From Spirogloea muscicola (Eukaryota): DNA of 32,410 bases. Positions 29,898 to 32,410 of the stretch are shown in pieces. A model generated the notes under the pieces. It worked only from the letters and a program-made list of their open reading frames with translations. It had not been told where the DNA came from and did not search any database. The stretch's first letter is position 1, and each line of letters begins with the position of its first letter. A program made the translations under genes and the position numbers. The DNA lies in contig WELB01000006.1 in assembly GCA_009602725.1 (NCBI GenBank), positions 1,131,035-1,163,444 on the forward strand. Reading direction: 5' to 3'.

Positions 29898-32410
29898 TTA
29901 CTGGCTATCCCTGGCAAAGCGGTCGAGGTAGTAAGAGGTAGGAGGTGGCTTGGGACCTGTGTCTGCTATTGGACAGGAGCGCCATGTAGGGTAAGCCTGG
30001 TATATGGGGGAAGATGGTTGGAGGCCAAAGTCATTCTTTTGGTAATCGTTGAATTGCAGATTGTACTTGGTCACAGCATCAGAGGTGTTCTTGCCCGCGT
30101 AGTATTGGTAGGTGACAGTATTCAAGAGCGGCAGCGCTGGCAGCTGCGTTGCTCCGTAGAGTTCAGGCACGTGTTTGGACACAGAGGCCACAACTGCAGA
30201 CTGGAGGCATGAAAGCACATGTCAGATCGAGCAAAGTGAAACGCACAAAAGATTGTCATTTGACATGATTAGATTGTATGGATGTAGGGCCAGGCCACGT
30301 GGAGGTTGTAGAGACTTGCTCTTCTTAAACTGCTATAGCTTTGTTTGACGGCACAGCAAGCTGACCTGCCAGATATTCTTTGTGGGCATGCCCGAGCAGT
30401 TGCCTGTTGTTGTTGCATTGAATGTGTTGTTGTAACCCATTGGATCGTTGCAGTTGGTTCCGTTGATGGTTGTAATTGTGCAGAAGTCAGTTAGCCAGGG
30501 GTAGAGCTGGTGGAAAGAACACACAGTCCAAATTCAGTGTCATGAGGATGCTGGATGGTTGTTGTCGTGCACGTTTTACGCATTGTGAACCAGCAAGCCA
30601 CACAAGCCGCACACAAGCCAACAGGGCGATGGGTGCTTGTACTTGTCGGGATCAGTCAGCACTTACAGCTCGGAAGGCCGCGTTGTCCCAATATTGTTTG
30701 CGGGTCTGGTCCCAGAAGATGCCAGGATCCGCCCCACAATTCCAGTTGAGCTGGGGTGACATGTAGCCCGGCTGTTGATAGGGGGCAGCAATGACATGGG
30801 ATGTGATGATGTTGGAGTGCCCTGTGTTCATCTTGAGGCCATTGCCAGTCCCATTGCAAACCATGCCGTCAATCTTGATGCCAGAGCTTGCGAAGTCGAT
30901 ATACAGGCAGTGTGGAAGGTTGTTCCCACCCAGGACATAGTTGCACGAGAGGGTATTGTCTGCAGATAGCAAGAGCCAAGTCAGCTAAGTGTCCTGTGCC
31001 AGTAAAGAACAGCCAATAGCAAGTAAGGAGGATGGATACGACATTGAAAGGATCGATGATCAGCAAAGATAAGCATAACGTGAGGTGAAGAGGACGTACT
31101 AGGATTGAGCCAATGAGTTGCGAAATATATGCCAGTTGCATCCGGGATGACACCCGCAAAGCCTGGACGGCTGACAATCATATTGGTGTTGACGACGTTG
31201 GACATGGCTGTGCAGACCGCCACAGTACAAGAGATTGCGTCAGCAACGAAGGAGATGGACCGATTAAGGGTCAATAACGAGGACCAGGATAGACACCCAG
31301 CCATAGTGGTAGTTTAGGTGGTAGTCAATAACAGAACAAAAGTGAGCGAGAGCAGCTTCTCTCACCATCACCAGTGTTGTGCGCTCCCCTGCCGAGAGAT
31401 ATACCAGCAAAGATGAAGTCATCAATGTAATTGTTCATCACGGTGTTCCCCACTGCTCCGTAAGCCAAGTTAACTCCCACAACGTAGCCATGGAGGTAAT
31501 TGTTACTGATCATGTTGTTCTGGAGGTTATAATTTGGCTTGACGAAGTTTCCAGGTCCGCCAAGGATGATGGCCCAGTCCAGTGAGCGGATGTCGTTGGC
31601 GTCTACGAGTGAGTTGGTGATCTGGAAAACGTGCAGTGCTGCATTCATGACGCTTTGGACAATCTGGACATTGTCGCACAGGTTGACTGCCATGGCCGGG
31701 CAGTAGGTGATCTGTATGTTGGGGTTGACCTTGAACGGGCAATCTGACTTGGAGTTGTTGGTCACAGTTGCATGAAGATCAACACCCATAAAGAGGAAGT
31801 CGTGCACGCCCTTGATGTATAGGATGGGCTGGTCGTCACGGACACCAGAGATCCTATACCGAGAGCCGGCAGCAGACTGTACGATTGTGCACGAGTAGCT
31901 GGCGTTGAGCAGCACCATGCTGGCAAAGGTGATGTTCTGCTGAAGCGACAGAACAACCGTCTGAGTGGCAGGATAACTGCCCCTGCTCATGAAGTCCGCC
32001 GCCGTGTGCACCGGTACCGTCACTTGGGCTGCTGTGCAGCGTGTCCCTGAGGAGCAGCACAGAGGAGTAAGCACATGAGGTGCAGCCGATGGAATGGCAC
32101 GCAGATGTTGTGAAGCACTTGAGTGCAGAACGCTTGCCAAATGCACCATGCATGTATAGGTGGTCGAGTTCTGTGAATCAGTACCCGGTGGCGGTGGAGA
32201 AGGTGTTGGAGGAGGGGGAAATGCAGGCGGTGCGATCGTAGGAGGCGGCGGCGGTGACTTTGGAGGAGGGGAGTTTGGTGGAGGAGATGAAGGTGGTGGG
32301 GGGGGTGAGGAAGATGATGGAGGAGGCGACTTGGGGTGGGAAGAGGGAGGGGGTGTTGTTGGAGGTGGAGGTGGAGAAGTTGGGGGGGTGCTTGGAGGAG
32401 GCGGGGGGGG
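29898..32410 (-). CDS. Paralogue (copy 2) of the extensin-like + parallel beta-helix protein; 5' part lies beyond the window
   Basis: Exons >32410-32185, 32046-31366, 31207-31100, 30959-30667, 30506-30366, 30200-29898. Intron positions and phases match copy 1, frames are intact, and the C-terminus is the same (YYLDRFARDSQ*). Confidence 0.88.

Overview
Eukaryotic, intron-rich, GC-rich nuclear DNA from a green plant lineage. A streptophyte alga is the likeliest source (inference from land-plant-like NARA5/PSB33/APC6 proteins, TTTAGGG-type repeats and a U12-type intron). I spliced eight protein-coding genes by hand using reading frame and splice-site logic: Rab1/RabD GTPase (+), NARA5-like PfkB kinase (-), PSB33/LIL8 (+), APC6/CDC16 (-), MPDU1-like PQ-loop protein (+), an uncharacterised protein with ESCRT MIM1-like motifs (+), and two tandem paralogues of a secreted Ser/Pro-rich extensin-like + parallel beta-helix protein (-; second copy runs off the window). 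The starts of NARA5 and PSB33 lie in a 764-N gap. Accessory DNA includes two degenerate ORF ends resembling restriction-like-endonuclease non-LTR retroelements with a shared 4-copy motif (17.4-18.9 kb, 27.0 kb), two related ~850-bp LTR-like sequences in inverted orientation at the tandem-duplication junction (27.2-29.2 kb), and a dispersed hairpin-bearing ~65-bp module. No database searches were run, so family assignments come from recognising motifs.
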